From contig CM120642.1 in NCBI GenBank assembly GCA_051362555.1, forward strand, positions 22,134,001 to 22,198,000: DNA of 64,000 nt, written 5' to 3'. The stretch comes from Lingula anatina (Eukaryota > Animalia > Brachiopoda). Within the stretch, counting starts at the first letter, position 1. Each line of letters starts with the position of its first letter. Positions 1-15,000 of this stretch are shown here, piece after piece. The notes beneath the pieces were generated by a model that saw only the letters and a program-made list of their open reading frames with translations, did no database searches and was not told the origin of the DNA. The translations under genes and the position numbers were made by a program.

Positions 1-3000
1 TATTGTGAGCAATGTTTATGTCAGTTTTTACTCTCTATATGTTTCTTTATCATTATTATAACTGTTCATGTTTGTGTTGTTGCTGTAAGCATAGTTTGTG
101 TCTTTTTATGTTCCAATTGCTGTTTCCATTCTCTATTGTCATTATATGTGTTTGTATATGTATTGTGATCACTGTGTATGTCTGTGTTTTCACCCCATCA
201 CTGATCACTGTGTATGACTGTGCTATCACCTAATTATATAATTAGTGTTCATTCTGGTTACTGTGCATGGTTGCGTTGTCACTGTACATGTCAAAATTTA
301 TTCTGATCACTGTGTATGTCTGTATTGTGACTGTGTTTGTTTGTATTTATTAACATTACTGTTCATGTTTGTGTCATTACTGTTGGTGTTTTTATTTATT
401 GTTAGTAATGTGTATGTCAGTTTTGTCTTTAAATTACTACTGCGCTGAATGATGGTGTTTTCAATGTATGACTATGTTTCTGTTTATATTCTGTTTGCTG
501 TGTCTATTCACTATTGCTACTGAATGTGTTTGTATATATTGTGATGACTGTGTACGCCCATGTTTCCACTCTTTTTCCTTGTGTTTATTCTAATTACAGT
601 GCACATTACTATTATCAATGTACATGTTTATATTCATTTTAATCACTGTGTATGTTTGCGTTGTTACTGTTTGTGTCTGCATATATTTCTGATCACTGTG
701 TAAGTCTGTTTGTTTTTCTATTTGTTTGTAATCATTGTCATTGCTGTTCATGTTTGTGTTGTCATTGTTTTGGTTTGTTTTTATTGGGATCACTGTGTAT
801 GTTTGTGTCATTATTGTTGGTGTTTGTATTTATTATTAGCAATGTGTATGTCAGTTTTGTCCCTCTATTTGTTTATTATTATAACTATAGCACTGAATGC
901 TGAGTGTTGTCAATGTATGTCTATGTGTCTATTTATATTCTTTTTTCTGTGTCTGTTCTGTATTGATACTAAATGTGTTTGTGTATATTGTGATGACTGT
1001 GTACGGCTATGTTTGCACTTTTTTCCCTTGTGTTCATTGTCATAACAGTGCACGTTACTGTTATCACTGTCCATGTATATATTTATTTTGATCAAAGTGT
1101 ATGTTTGTGTTGTTATTGTTTGTGTCTGCACATAATTCTGATCACTGTGAAAGTCTATTTGTCCTTCTGTTTGTTTGTAATAAATATCATTACTGTGCAT
1201 GTTAATGTTGTCACTGTTTGTGTTTGTATTTATCGTGATCACTGTATGTGTTTGCGTCATTACTATTAATGTTTGTATTTATTGTGAACACTATTTCCAT
1301 TCTGTACTGTTCGTGTTTGTATATATATTGTGATCACTGTGTATGTCTCTGTTTTCACTCCATCACTGATTACTGTGTATTACTGTGTAATCATCCAATT
1401 AATTTGTGTTCATTCTGATTACTCTACATGGTTGTGTTGTCACTGTACATGTCAAAATTCATTCTGATCACTGTGTATGTCTGTATTGGGACTGTGTTTG
1501 TTTGTATTTATTTACATTAATGTTCATGTTTGTGTTGGCACTGGTCATTTTTGTATTTATTGTGAGCATTATGTACGTCTATTTTGTCAGTGTATTTGTT
1601 TGTAATCATTACTATTACTCTGCATGATAGTACTGTCACTGTATGTCTATGTGTCTGTTTATATTCTGTTCTCTGAGTCTATTCTGTATTGTCACTGTAT
1701 GTGTTTCCATGTATTGTGATCACTGTGTATGGCTATGTTTTCACTCTTTTTCCTTGTGTTCATTTTCATTACGATGCATGTTACTGTTATAACTGTACAT
1801 GTTAATATTTATTTTGATCACTGTACCTGTTGTGTCATTACTGTTGGTGTTTGTATTTATTGAGAGCAATGTTTATGTCAGTTTTTTCTCTCTATATGTT
1901 TTTAATCATTATTATAACTGTTCATGTTTGTGTTGTTGCTGCAAGCATAGATTGTGGCTGTTTATATTCCGATTGCTGTTTCCATTTTCTATTGTCATGT
2001 GTGTATGTCTGTATTGTGACCGTGTTTGTTTGTATTTATTTACATTACTGTTCATGTTTGTGTCATTACTGTTGGTGTTTGTATTAATTGTTAGCAATGC
2101 TTATGTCAGTTTTGTCCCTCTTTTTGTTTATTATTATAACTATAGCACTGAATGCTGAGTGTTGTCAATGTATGTCTATGTGTCTATTTATATTCTTTTT
2201 CTGTGTCTATTCTGTATTGATACTAAATGTGTTTGTGTATATTGTGATGACTGTGTACGGCTATGTTTGCACTCTTTTCCCTTGTGTTCATTGTCATAAC
2301 AGTGCACATTACTGTTATCATTGTCCATGTGAATATTTATTAAGATCAATGTGTATGTTTGTGTTGTTACTGTTTGTGTCTGCACATAATTCTGATCACT
2401 GTGAAAGTCTATTTGTCCTTCTGTTTGTTTGTAATGATTCTCATTACTGTGCATGATAATGATGTCACTGTTTGTGTTTGTATTTATTGTGATCACTGTA
2501 TGTGTTTGCGTAGGTACTGTTGTTGTTTGTATTTATTGTGAACACTGTTTCTATTCAGTGCTGTCATTGTACGTGTTTGTATATATATTGTGATCACTTC
2601 ATCCTTGTGTTCATTTTCATTACAATGCATGTTACTGTTATAACAGTTACTTTGTTACTTTATATGGTTGTGTTGTCACTGTACATGTCAACTTATTCTG
2701 TTCACTGTGTATGTCTGTATTGTGACTGTGTTTGTTTGTATTTATTTTGATTACTGTGCATGATTGTCTTGTCACTGTTTGTGTTTGTATTTATCATGAT
2801 CACTGTATATGTTTGCATCGGTACTGTTGATGTTTGTATTTATTGTCAACACTGTTTCCATGCTGTACTGTCATTGTATGTTTTTGTATATATATTGTGA
2901 TCACTGTGTATGTCTTTGTTTTCACCCCATCACTGATCATTGTGTATGACTGTGCTATCACCTAATTAATTAGTGTTCATTCTGGTTACTGTGCATGGTT

Positions 3001-6000
3001 GTGTTGTCACTATACATGTCAAAATTTATTCTGATCACTGTGTATGTCTGTATTGTGACTGTGTTTGTTTGTATTTATTTACATTACTGTTCACATTTGT
3101 GTTGTCACTGTTCGTGTTTCTATTTATTGTGAGCAATGTGTATGTCTGTTTTGTCAATGTATTTGTTTGTAATCATTTCTATTACTCTGCATGATGGTAC
3201 TGTCACTGTATGTGTATGTGTCTCTTTATATTCTGTACTCTGTGTCTATTCTGTATTGTCACTGTATGTGTTTCCATGTATTGTGATCACTGTGTACGGC
3301 TATGTTTTCACTCTTTTTTCCTTTTGCTCATTTTCATTACGAAGCATGTTACTGTTATAACTGTGCATGTTGATATTTATTTTGATCACTGTTCATGTTT
3401 GTGTCATTACTGTTGGTGTTTCTATTGTGAGCAATGTTTATGTCAGTTTTTACTCTCTATATGTTTCTTTATCATTATTATAACTGTTCATGTTTGTGTT
3501 GTTGCTGTAAGCATAGTTTGTGTCTTTTTATGTTCCAATTGCTGTTTCCATTCTCTATTGTCATTATATGTGTTTGTATATGTATTGTGATCACTGTGTA
3601 TGTCTGTGTTTTCACCCCATCACTGATCACTGTGTATGACTGTGCTATCACCTAATTATATAATTAGTGTTCATTCTGGTTACTGTGCATGGTTGCGTTG
3701 TCACTGTACATGTCAAAATTTATTCTGATCACTGTGTATGTCTGTATTGTGACTGTGTTTGTTTGTATTTATTAACATTACTGTTCATGTTTGTGTCATT
3801 ACTGTTGGTGTTTTTATTTATTGTTAGTAATGTGTATGTCAGTTTTGTCTTTAAATTACTACTGCGCTGAATGATGGTGTTTTCAATGTATGACTATGTT
3901 TCTGTTTATATTCTGTTTGCTGTGTCTATTCACTATTGCTACTGAATGTGTTTGTATATATTGTGGTTACTGTGTATGGCTATGTTTCCACCCTTTTTAC
4001 TTGTGTTTATTCTAATTACAGTGCACATTACTATTATCAATGTACATGTTTATATTAATTTTGACCACTGTGTATGTTTGTGTTGTTACTGTTTGTGTCT
4101 ACACATAATTCTGATCACTGTGAAAGTCTGTTTGTCCTTCTATTTGTTTGTAATAATTATCATTACTGTGCCTGTTAATGTTATCACTGTTTGTGTTTGT
4201 ATTTATTGTGATCACTGTATGTGTTTGCATAGTTACTGTTTATGTTTGTATTTATTGTGAACACTGTTTCTATTCTGTACTGTCATTGTACATGTTTGTA
4301 TATATATTGTGATCACTGTGTATATCTCTGTTTTTCACTCCATCACTGATCACTGTGTATTACTGTGTATTACTGTGTAATCATCCAATTAATTTGTGTT
4401 TATTCTGATTACTATACATGGTTGCGTTGTCACTGTACATGTCAAAATTTATTCTGATCACTGTGTATGTCTGTATTGGGACTGTGTTTGTTTGTATTTA
4501 TTTACATTACTGCTCTCGTTTGTGTTGTCACTGTTCGTGTTTGTATTTATTGTGAGCAATGTGCAAGTCTGTTTTGTCAATGTATTTGTTTGTAATCATT
4601 ACTATTACTCTGCATGATAGTACTGTCACTGTATGTCTGTGTGTCTGTTTATATTCTTGTGTTCATTTTCATTACTGTGGAAGTTACTTTTATCACCTAT
4701 ACTGTTAATATTTATTTTGTTCACTATGCTTGTTACTGTTATAACAGCTACTTGGTTACTTTACATGGTTGTGTTGTCACTGTACATGTCAGCTTATTCT
4801 GTTCACTGTGTATGTCTGTGTTTTCACCCTATCACTATCACTGTGTATGACTCTGCTATCACCTAATTATATATGTGTTTATTCTGGTTACTGTGCATGG
4901 TTGTGTTGTCACTGTACATGTCAAAATTTATTCTGATCACTGTGTATGTCTGTATTGTGACTCTGTTTGTTTGTATTTATTTACATTACTGTTCATGTTT
5001 GTGTCATTACTGTTGGTGTTTGTATTTATTGTTAGCAATGCTTATGTCAGTTTTGTCACTCTCTTTGTTTGTAAACATTACTATTGCTCTGAATGATGGT
5101 GTTGTCAATGTATGACTATGTGTCTGTTTATATTCTGTTTGCTATGTCTATTCACTATTGCTACTGAGTGTGTTTGTATATATTGTGATGACTGTGTACG
5201 CCCATGTTTCCACTCTTTTTCCTTGTGTTTATTCTAATTACAGTGCACATTACTATTATCAATGTACATGTTTATATTCATTTTAATCACTGTGTATGTT
5301 TGCGTTGTTACTGTTTGTGTCTGCATATATTTCTGATCACTGTGTAAGTCTGTTTGTTTTTCTATTTGTTTGTAATCATTGTCATTGCTGTTCATGTTTG
5401 TGTTGTCATTGTTTTGGTTTGTTTTTATTGGGATCACTGTGTATGTTTGTGTCATTATTGTTGGTGTTTGTATTTATTATTAGCAATGTGTATGTCAGTT
5501 TTGTCCCTCTATTTGTTTATTATTATAACTATAGCACTGAATGCTGAGTGTTGTCAATGTATGTCTATGTGTCTATTTATATTCTTTTTTCTGTGTCTGT
5601 TCTGTATTGATACTAAATGTGTTTGTGTATATTGTGATGACTGTGTACGGCTATGTTTGCACTTTTTTCCCTTGTGTTCATTGTCATAACAGTGCACGTT
5701 ACTGTTATCACTGTCCATGTATATATTTATTTTGATCAAAGTGTATGTTTGTGTTGTTATTGTTTGTGTCTGCACATAATTCTGATCACTGTGAAAGTCT
5801 ATTTGTCCTTCTGTTTGTTTGTAATAAATATCATTACTGTGCATGTTAATGTTGTCACTGTTTGTGTTTGTATTTATCGTGATCACTGTATGTGTTTGCG
5901 TCATTACTATTAATGTTTGTATTTATTGTGAACACTATTTCCATTCTGTACTGTTCGTGTTTGTATATATATTGTGATCACTGTGTATGTCTCTGTCTTC

Positions 6001-9000
6001 ACTCCATCACTGATCACTGTGTATTACTGTGTAATCATCCAATTAATTTGTGTTCATTCTGATTACTCTACATGGTTGTGTTGTCACTGTACATGTCAAA
6101 ATTCATTCTGATCACTGTGTATGTCTGTATTGTGACTGTGTTTGTTTGTATTTATTTACATTAATGTTCATGTTTGTGTTGGCACTGGTCATTTTTGTAT
6201 TTATTGTGAGCATTATGTACGTCTATTTTGTCAGTGTATTTGTTTGTAATCATTACTATTACTCTGCATGATAGTACTGTCACTGTATGTCTATGTGTCT
6301 GTTTATATTCTGTTCTCTGTGTCTATTCTGTATTGTCACTGTATATGTTTCCATGTATTGTGATCACTGTGTATGGCTATGTTTTCACTCTTTTTCCTTG
6401 TGTTCATTTTCATTACGATGCATGTTACTGTTATAACTGTACATGTTAATATTTATTTTGATCACTGTACCTGTTTGTGTCATTACTGTTGGTGTTTGTA
6501 TTTATTGAGAGCAATGTTTATGTCAGTTTTTTCTCTCTATATGTTTTTAATCATTATTATAACTGTTCATGTTTGTGTTGTTGCTGCAAGCATAGATTGT
6601 GGCTGTTTATATTCCGATTGCTGTTTCCATTTTCTATTGTCATGTGTGTATGTCTGTATTGTGACTGTGTTTGTTTGTATTTATTTACATTACTGTTCAT
6701 GTTTGTGTCATTACTGTTGGTGTTTGTATTAATTGTTAGCAATGCTTATGTCAGTTTTGTCCCTCTTTTTGTTTATTATTATAACTATAGCACTGAATGC
6801 TGAGTGTTGTCAATGTATGTCTATGTGTCTATTTATATTCTTTTTTCTGTGTCTATTCTGTATTGATACTAAATGTGTTTGTGTATATTGTGATGACTGT
6901 GTACGGCTATGTTTGCACTCTTTTCCCTTGTGTTCATTGTCATAACAGTGCACATTACTGTTATCATTGTCCATGTGAATATTTATTAAGATCAATGTGT
7001 ATGTTTGTGTTGTTACTGTTTGTGTCTGCACATAATTCTGATCACTGTGAAAGTCTATTTGTCCTTCTGTTTGTTTGTAATAATTCTCATTACTGTGCAT
7101 GTTAATGATGTCACTGTTTGTGTTTGTATTTATTGTGATCACTGTATGTGTTTGCGTAGGTACTGTTGTTGTTTGTATTTATTGTGAACACTGTTTCTAT
7201 TCAGTGCTGTCATTGTACATGTTTGTATATATATTGTGATCACTTCATCCTTGTGTTCATTTTCATTACAATGCATGTTACTGTTATAACAGTTACTTTG
7301 TTACTTTATATGGTTGTGTTGTCACTGTACATGTCAACTTATTCTGTTCACTGTGTATGTCTGTATTGTGACTGTGTTTGTTTGTATTTATTTTGATTAC
7401 TGTGCATGATTGTCTTGTCACTGTTTGTGTTTGTATTTATCATGATCACTGTATATGTTTGCGTCGTTACTGTTGATGTTTGTATTTATTGTCAACACTG
7501 TTTCCATGCTGTACTGTCATTGTATGTTTTTGTATATATATTGTGATCACTGTGTATGTCTTTGTTTTCACCCCATCACTGATCATTGTGTATGACTGTG
7601 CTATCACCTAATTAATTAGTGTTCATTCTGGTTTCTGTGCATGGTTGTGTTGTCACTATACATGTCAAAATTTATTCTGATCACTGTGTATGTCTGTATT
7701 GTGACTGTGTTTGTTTGTATTTATTTACATTACTGTTCACATTTGTGTTGTCACTGTTCGTGTTTCTATTTATTGTGAGCAATGTGTATGTCTGTTTTGT
7801 CAATGTATTTGTTTGTAATCATTTCTATTACTCTGCATGATGGTACTGTCACTGTATGTGTATGTGTCTCTTTATATTCTGTTCTCTGTGTCTATTCTGT
7901 ATTGTCACTGTATGTGTTTCCATGTATTGTGATCACTGTGTACGGCTATGTTTTCACTCTTTTTTCCTTGTGCTCATTTTCATTACGAAGCATGTTAATG
8001 TTGTAACTGTGCATGTTTATATTTATTTTGATCACTGTTCATGTTTGTGTCATTACTGTTGGTGTTTCTATTGTGAGCAATGTTTATGTCAGTTTTTACT
8101 CTCTATATGTTTCTTTATCATTATTATAACTGTTCATGTTTGTGTTGTTGCTGTAAGCATAATTTGTGTCTTTTTATATTCCAATTGCTGTTTCCATTCT
8201 CTATTGTCATTGTATGTGTTTGTATATGTATTGTGATCACTGTGTATGTCTGTGTTTTCACCCCATCACTGATCACTGTGCATGACTGTGCTATCACCTA
8301 ATTATATAATTAGTGTTCAATCTGGTTACTGTGCATGGTTGCGTTGTCACTGTACATGTCAAAATTTATTCTGATCACTGTGTATGTCTGTATTGTGACT
8401 GTGTTTGTTTGTATTTATTAACATTACTGTTCATGTTTGTGTCATTACTGTTGGTGTTTTTATTTATTGTTAGTAATGTGTATGTCAGTTTTGTCTTTAA
8501 ATTACTACTGCGCTGAATGATGGTGTTTTCAATGTATGACTATGTTTCTGTTTATATTCTGTTTGCTGTGGCTATTCACTATTGCTACTGAATGTGTTTG
8601 TATATATTGTGGTTACTGTGTATGGCTATGTTTCCACCCTTTTTCCTTGTGTTTATTCTAATTACAGTGCACATTACACGTACATGTTTATATTAATTTT
8701 GACCACTGTGTATGTTTGTGTTGTTACTGTTTGTGTCTACACATAATTCTGATCACTGTGAAAGTCTGTTTGTCCTTCTATTTGTTTGTAATAATTATCA
8801 TTACTGTGCCTGTTAATGTTATCACTGTTTGTGTTTGTATTTCTTGTGATCACTGTATGTGTTTGCATAGTTACTGTTTATGTTTGTATTTATTGTGAAC
8901 ACTGTTTCTATTCTGTACTGTCATTGTACATGTTTGTATATATATTGCGATCACTTTTTCCTTGTGTTCTTTTTCATTACGATGCATGTTACTGTTATAA

Positions 9001-12000
9001 CAGTTACTTTGTTACCTTATATAGTTGTGTTGTAACTGTGCATGTCAACTTATTCTGATCACTGTGTATGTATGCAGTGTGACTGTGTTTGTTTGTATTT
9101 GTTTTGATTACTGTGCATGTTTGTGTTGTCGCTGTTTGTGATTGTATTTATTTTGAGCACTGTATATGTTTGTGTTGTTACTGTTTGTGTCTGCACATAA
9201 TTCTGATCACTGTGAAAGTCTGTTTGTCCTTCTATTTGTTTGTAATAATTATCATTACTGTGCATGATTGTGTTGTCACTGTTTGTGTTTGTATTTATCG
9301 TGATCACTGTATGTGTTTGCGTCATTACTATTGATGTTTGTATTTATTGTGAACACTATTTCCATTCTGTACTGTTCGTGTTTGTATATATATTGTGATC
9401 ACTGTGTATGTCTCTGTTTTCACTCCATCACTGATCACTGTGTATTACTGTGTAATCATCCAATTAATTTGTGTTCATTCTGATTACTCTACATGGTTGT
9501 GTTGTCACTGTACATGTCAAAATTTATTCTCATCACTGTGTATGTCATTGTCCATGCTAATATTTATTTTGATCAATGTGTATGTTTGTGTTGTTACTGT
9601 TTGTGTGTGCACATAATTCTGATCACCGTGAAAGTCTATTTGTCCTTCTGTTTGTTTGTAATAATTCTCATTACTGTGCATGTTAATGATGTCACTGTTT
9701 GTGTTTGTATTTATTGTAAACACTGTTTCTATTCTGTACTGTCATTGTACATGTTTGTATATATATTGCGATCACCTTTTCCTTGTTTTTATTTTCATTA
9801 CAATGCATGTTACTGTTATAACAGTTACTTTGTTACTTTATATGGTTGTGTTGTCACTGTACATGTCAACTTATTCTGTTCACTGTGTATGTCTGTATTG
9901 TGACTGTGTTTGTTTGTATTTATTTTGATTACTGTGCATGATTGTCTTGTCACTGTTTGTGTTTGTATTTATCATGATCACTGTATATGTTTACATCGTT
10001 ACTGTTGATGTTTGTATTTATTGTCAACACTGTTTCCATGCTGTACTGTCATTGTATGTGTTTGTATATATATTGTGATCGCTGTGTATGTCTTTGTTTT
10101 CACCCCATCACTGATCATTGTGTATGACTGTGCTATCACCTAATTAATTAGTGTTCATTCTGGTTACTGTGCATGGTTGTGTTGTCACTGTACATGTCAA
10201 AATTTATTCTGATCACTGTGTATGTCTGTATTGTGACTGTGTTTGTTTGTATTTATTTACATTACTGTTCACATTTGTGTTGTCACTGTTTGTGTTTCCA
10301 TTTATTGTGAGCAATGTGTATGTCTGTTTTGTCAATGTATTTGTTTGTAATCATTTCTATTACTCTGCATGATGGTACTTTCACTGTATGTGTATGTGTC
10401 TCTTTATATTCTGTTCTCTGTGTCTATTCTGTATTGTCACTGTATGTGTTTCCATGTATTGTGATCACTGTGTACGGCTATGTTTTCACTCTTTTTCCTT
10501 GTGCTCATTTTCATTACGAAGCATGTTACTGTTATATCTGTGCATGTAAATATTCATTTTGATCACTGTTCATGTTTTGTGTCATTACTGTTGGTGTTTC
10601 TATTTATTGTGAGCAATGTTTATGTTAGTTTTTACTCTCTATATGTTTTTTTATCATTATTATAACTGTTCATGTTTGTGTTGTTGCTGTAAGAAGAGTT
10701 TGTGTCTTTTTTTATTCTAATTGCTGTTTCCATTCTCTATTGTCATTGTATGTGTTTGTATATATATTGTGATCACAGTGCATGTCTCTTTTTTCACTCT
10801 GTCAACAATCACTGTGTATGACTTTGCTATCACCTAATTTATTAGTGTTCATTCTAGTTACTGTGCATAGTTGTGTTGTCACTGTACATGTCAAAATTTA
10901 TTCTGATCACTGTATATATCTGTATTGTGACTGTGTTTGTTTGTATTTATTAACATTACTGTTCATGTTTGTGTCATTACTGTTAGTGTTTGTATTTATT
11001 GTTAGTAATGTGTATGTCAGTTTTGTCTTTAAATTACTATTGCGCTGAATGATGGTGTTTTCGATGTATGACTATGTTTCTGTTTATATTCTGTTTGCTG
11101 TGTCTATTACATATTATTACTGAATGTGTTTCTAAGTATATCATGATGACTGTGTACGGCTATGGTTTTACTTTTTCTTTGTGTTCATTCTGATTACAGT
11201 GCACATTACTGTTATCATTGTCCATGCTAATATTTATTTTGATCAATGTGTATGTTTGTGTTGTTACTGTTTGTGTCTGCACATAATTTTGATCACTGTG
11301 TAAGTCTGTTTGTCCTTCTATTTGTTTGTAATCATTATCATTACTGTGTATGTTGGTGTTGTCTCTGTTCGTGTTTGTATTTGTTCTGATCATTGTATTT
11401 TTTTATTTGTTTGTGTGGTTACTGTTGGTATTTGTATTTAATGTGATCACTGGATATTTTATTGTTGTTACTGTTTGGGTCTTTATATGATTTTGAGCAA
11501 TGTGTATGTCAGTTTTTTCACTCTGCTTGTTTATCATCATAACTATTGTGTTAAATGATGGTATTGTCACTGTATGTCTATGTGTCTGTTTATATTGTTT
11601 TTGCTGTGTCTATTCTATATTGTTACTGAATGTGTTTGTATACTGTGTACGGCTATGTTTGCACTCTTTTCCCTTGTGTTCATTGTCATAACAGTGCACG
11701 TTACTGTTATCACTGTCCATGTTAATATTCATTTTCATCACTGTGTATGTTTGTGTTGTTAGTGTTTGTGCCTGCACATAATTCTGATCACTATGAAAGT
11801 CTATTTGTCCTTCTATTTCTTTGTAATATATATTATTACTGTGCATGTTGTCACTGTTTGTGTTTGTATTTATTGTGAACACTGTTTCCATTCTGTACTG
11901 TCATTGTATTTGTTTGTATATATATTGTGATCACAGTGCATGTCTCTGTTTTCACTCTATCACTGATCACTATATATGACTGTGCTATCACCTAATTAAT

Positions 12001-15000
12001 TAGTGTTCATTCTGGTTACTGTGCATGGTTGCGTTGTCACTGTACTTGTCAAAATTTATTTTGATCACTGTGTATGTCTGTATTGTGACTGTGTTTGTTT
12101 GTATTTATTTACATTACTGTTCACATTTGTGTTGTCACTGTTCGTGTTTCTATTTATTGTGAGCAATGTGTATGTCTGTTTTGTCAATGTATTTGTTTGT
12201 AATCATTACTATTACTCTACATGATGGTACTTTCACTGTATGTGTATGTGTCTCTTTATATTCTGTTCTCTGTGTCTATTCTGTATTGTCACTGTATGTG
12301 TTTCCATGTATTGTGATCACTGTGTACGGCTATGTTTTCACTCTTTTTCTTTGTGCTTATTTTCATTACGAAGCATGTTACTGTTATAACTGTGCATGTA
12401 AATATTCATTTTGATAACGGTTCATGTTTGTGTCATTACTGTTGGTGTTTTTATTTATTGTGAGCAATGTTTATGTTAGTTTTTACTCTCTATATGTTTT
12501 TTATCATTATTATAACTGGTTATGATTGTGTTGTTGCTGTAAGCATAGTTTGCATCTTTTTATGTTCCAATTGCTGTTTCCATTCTCTATTGTCATTGTA
12601 TGTGTTTATATATATTGTGGTCACTGTGTATGTCTGTGTTTTCACCCCATCACTATCACTGTGTATGACTGTGCTATCACCTAATTATATAATTAGTGTT
12701 CATTCTGGTTACTGTGCATGGTTGCGTTGTCACTGTACATGTCAAAATTTATTCTGATCACTGTATATATCTGTATTGTGACTGTGTTTGTTTGTATTTA
12801 TTAACATTACTGTTCATGTTTGTGTCATTACTGTTAGTGTTTGTATTTATTGTTAGTAATGTGTATGTCAGTTTTGTCTTTAAATTACTATTGCGCTGAA
12901 TGATGGTGTTTTCGATGTATGACTATGTTTCTGTTTATATTCTGTTTGCTGTGTCTATTACATATTATTACTGAATGTGTTTCTAAGTATATCATGATGA
13001 CTGTGTACGGCTATGGTTTTACTTTTTCTTTGTGTTCATTCTGATTACAGTGCACATTACTGTTATCATTGTCCATGCTAATATTTATTTTGATCAATGT
13101 GTATGTTTGTGTTGTTACTGTTTGTGTCTGCACATAATTTTGATCACTGTGTAAGTCTGTTTGTCCTTCTATTTGTTTGTAATCATTATCATTACTGTGT
13201 ATGTTGGTGTTGTCTCTGTTCGTGTTTGTATTTGTTCTGATCATTGTATTTTTTTATTTGTTTGTGTGGTTACTGTTGGTATTTGTATTTAATGTGATCA
13301 CTGGATATTTTATTGTTGTTACTGTTTGGGTCTTTATATGATTTTGAGCAATGTGTATGTCAGTTTTTTCACTCTGCTTGTTTATCATCATAACTATTGT
13401 GTTAAATGATGGTATTGTCACTGTATGTCTATGTGTCTGTTTATATTGTTTTTGCTGTGTCTATTCTATATTGTTACTGAATGTGTTTGTATACTGTGTA
13501 CGGCTATGTTTGCACTCTTTTCCCTTGTGTTCATTGTCATAACAGTGCACGTTACTGTTATCACTGTCCATGTTAATATTCATTTTCATCACTGTGTATG
13601 TTTGTGTTGTTAGTGTTTGTGCCTGCACATAATTCTGATCACTATGAAAGTCTATTTGTCCTTCTATTTCTTTGTAATATATATTATTACTGTGCATGTT
13701 GTCACTGTTTGTGTTTGTATTTATTGTGAACACTGTTTCCATTCTGTACTGTCATTGTATTTGTTTGTATATATATTGTGATCACAGTGCATGTCTCTGT
13801 TTTCACTCTATCACTGATCACTATATATGACTGTGCTATCACCTAATTAATTATAGTGTTCATTCTAGTAACTGTGCATGGTTGTGATGTCACTGTACAT
13901 GTCAAAATGTATTCTGTGTATTGTGACTGTGTTTGTTTGTATTTATTTAAATCACTGTTCATGTTTGTTTCATTTCTTTATTGTGATCAATGTGTATGTC
14001 AGATTTGTCACTCTATTTGTTTGTAAACATTACTGTTGCGCTGAATGATGGTGTTGTCAATGTATAACTATGTGTCTGTTTATATTCTGTTTGCTGTGTC
14101 TATTAACTTTGTTACTGAATGCGTTTGTATATATTGTGATATCAGTTACTTGGTTACTTTATATGGTTGTATGTACATGTCAACTTATTCTGATCACTGT
14201 ATTTGTCTGTATTGTGACTGTGTTTGTTTGTATTTATTTTTATTACTGTGCATGTTTGTGTTGACACTGTTTGTGAATGTATTTATTTTGAGCACTGTAT
14301 ATGTTTGTGTTGTTACTGTTTGTGTCTGCACATAATTCTGATCACTGTGAAAGTATTGTCCTTCTATTTGTTTGTAATAATTATCATTACTGTGTATGAT
14401 GGTGTTGTCACTGTTTGTATTTGTATTTATCATGATCACTGTATATGTTTGCATCGTTACTGTTGATGTTTGTATTTATTGTCAACACTGTTTCCATTCT
14501 GTACTGTCATTGTATGTGTTTGTATATATATTGTGATCACTGTGTATGTCTCTGTTTTCACTCCATCACTGATCACTGTGTATTACTGTGTAATCATTCA
14601 ATTAATTTGTGTTCATTCTGATTACTCTACATGGTTGTGTTGTCACTGTACATGTCAAAATTTATTCTCATCACTGTGTATGTCTGTATTGTGACTGTGT
14701 TTGTTTGTATTTATTTACATTAATGTTCATGTTTGTGTTGTCACTGTTCATGTTAGTATTTATTGTGAGCAACATGTATGTCTGTTTTGTCAATGTATTA
14801 CTCTGCATGATAGTACTGTCACTGTATGTCTATGTGTCTGTTTACATTCTGTTCTCTGTATCTATTCTGTATTATCACTGTATGGGTTTCCATGTATTGT
14901 GATCACTGTGTTCGGCTATGTTTTCACTCTTTTTCCTTGTGTTCATTTTCAATACGATACATGTTGCTCTTTTAACTGTACTTGTTGATTTTTTTTTTAT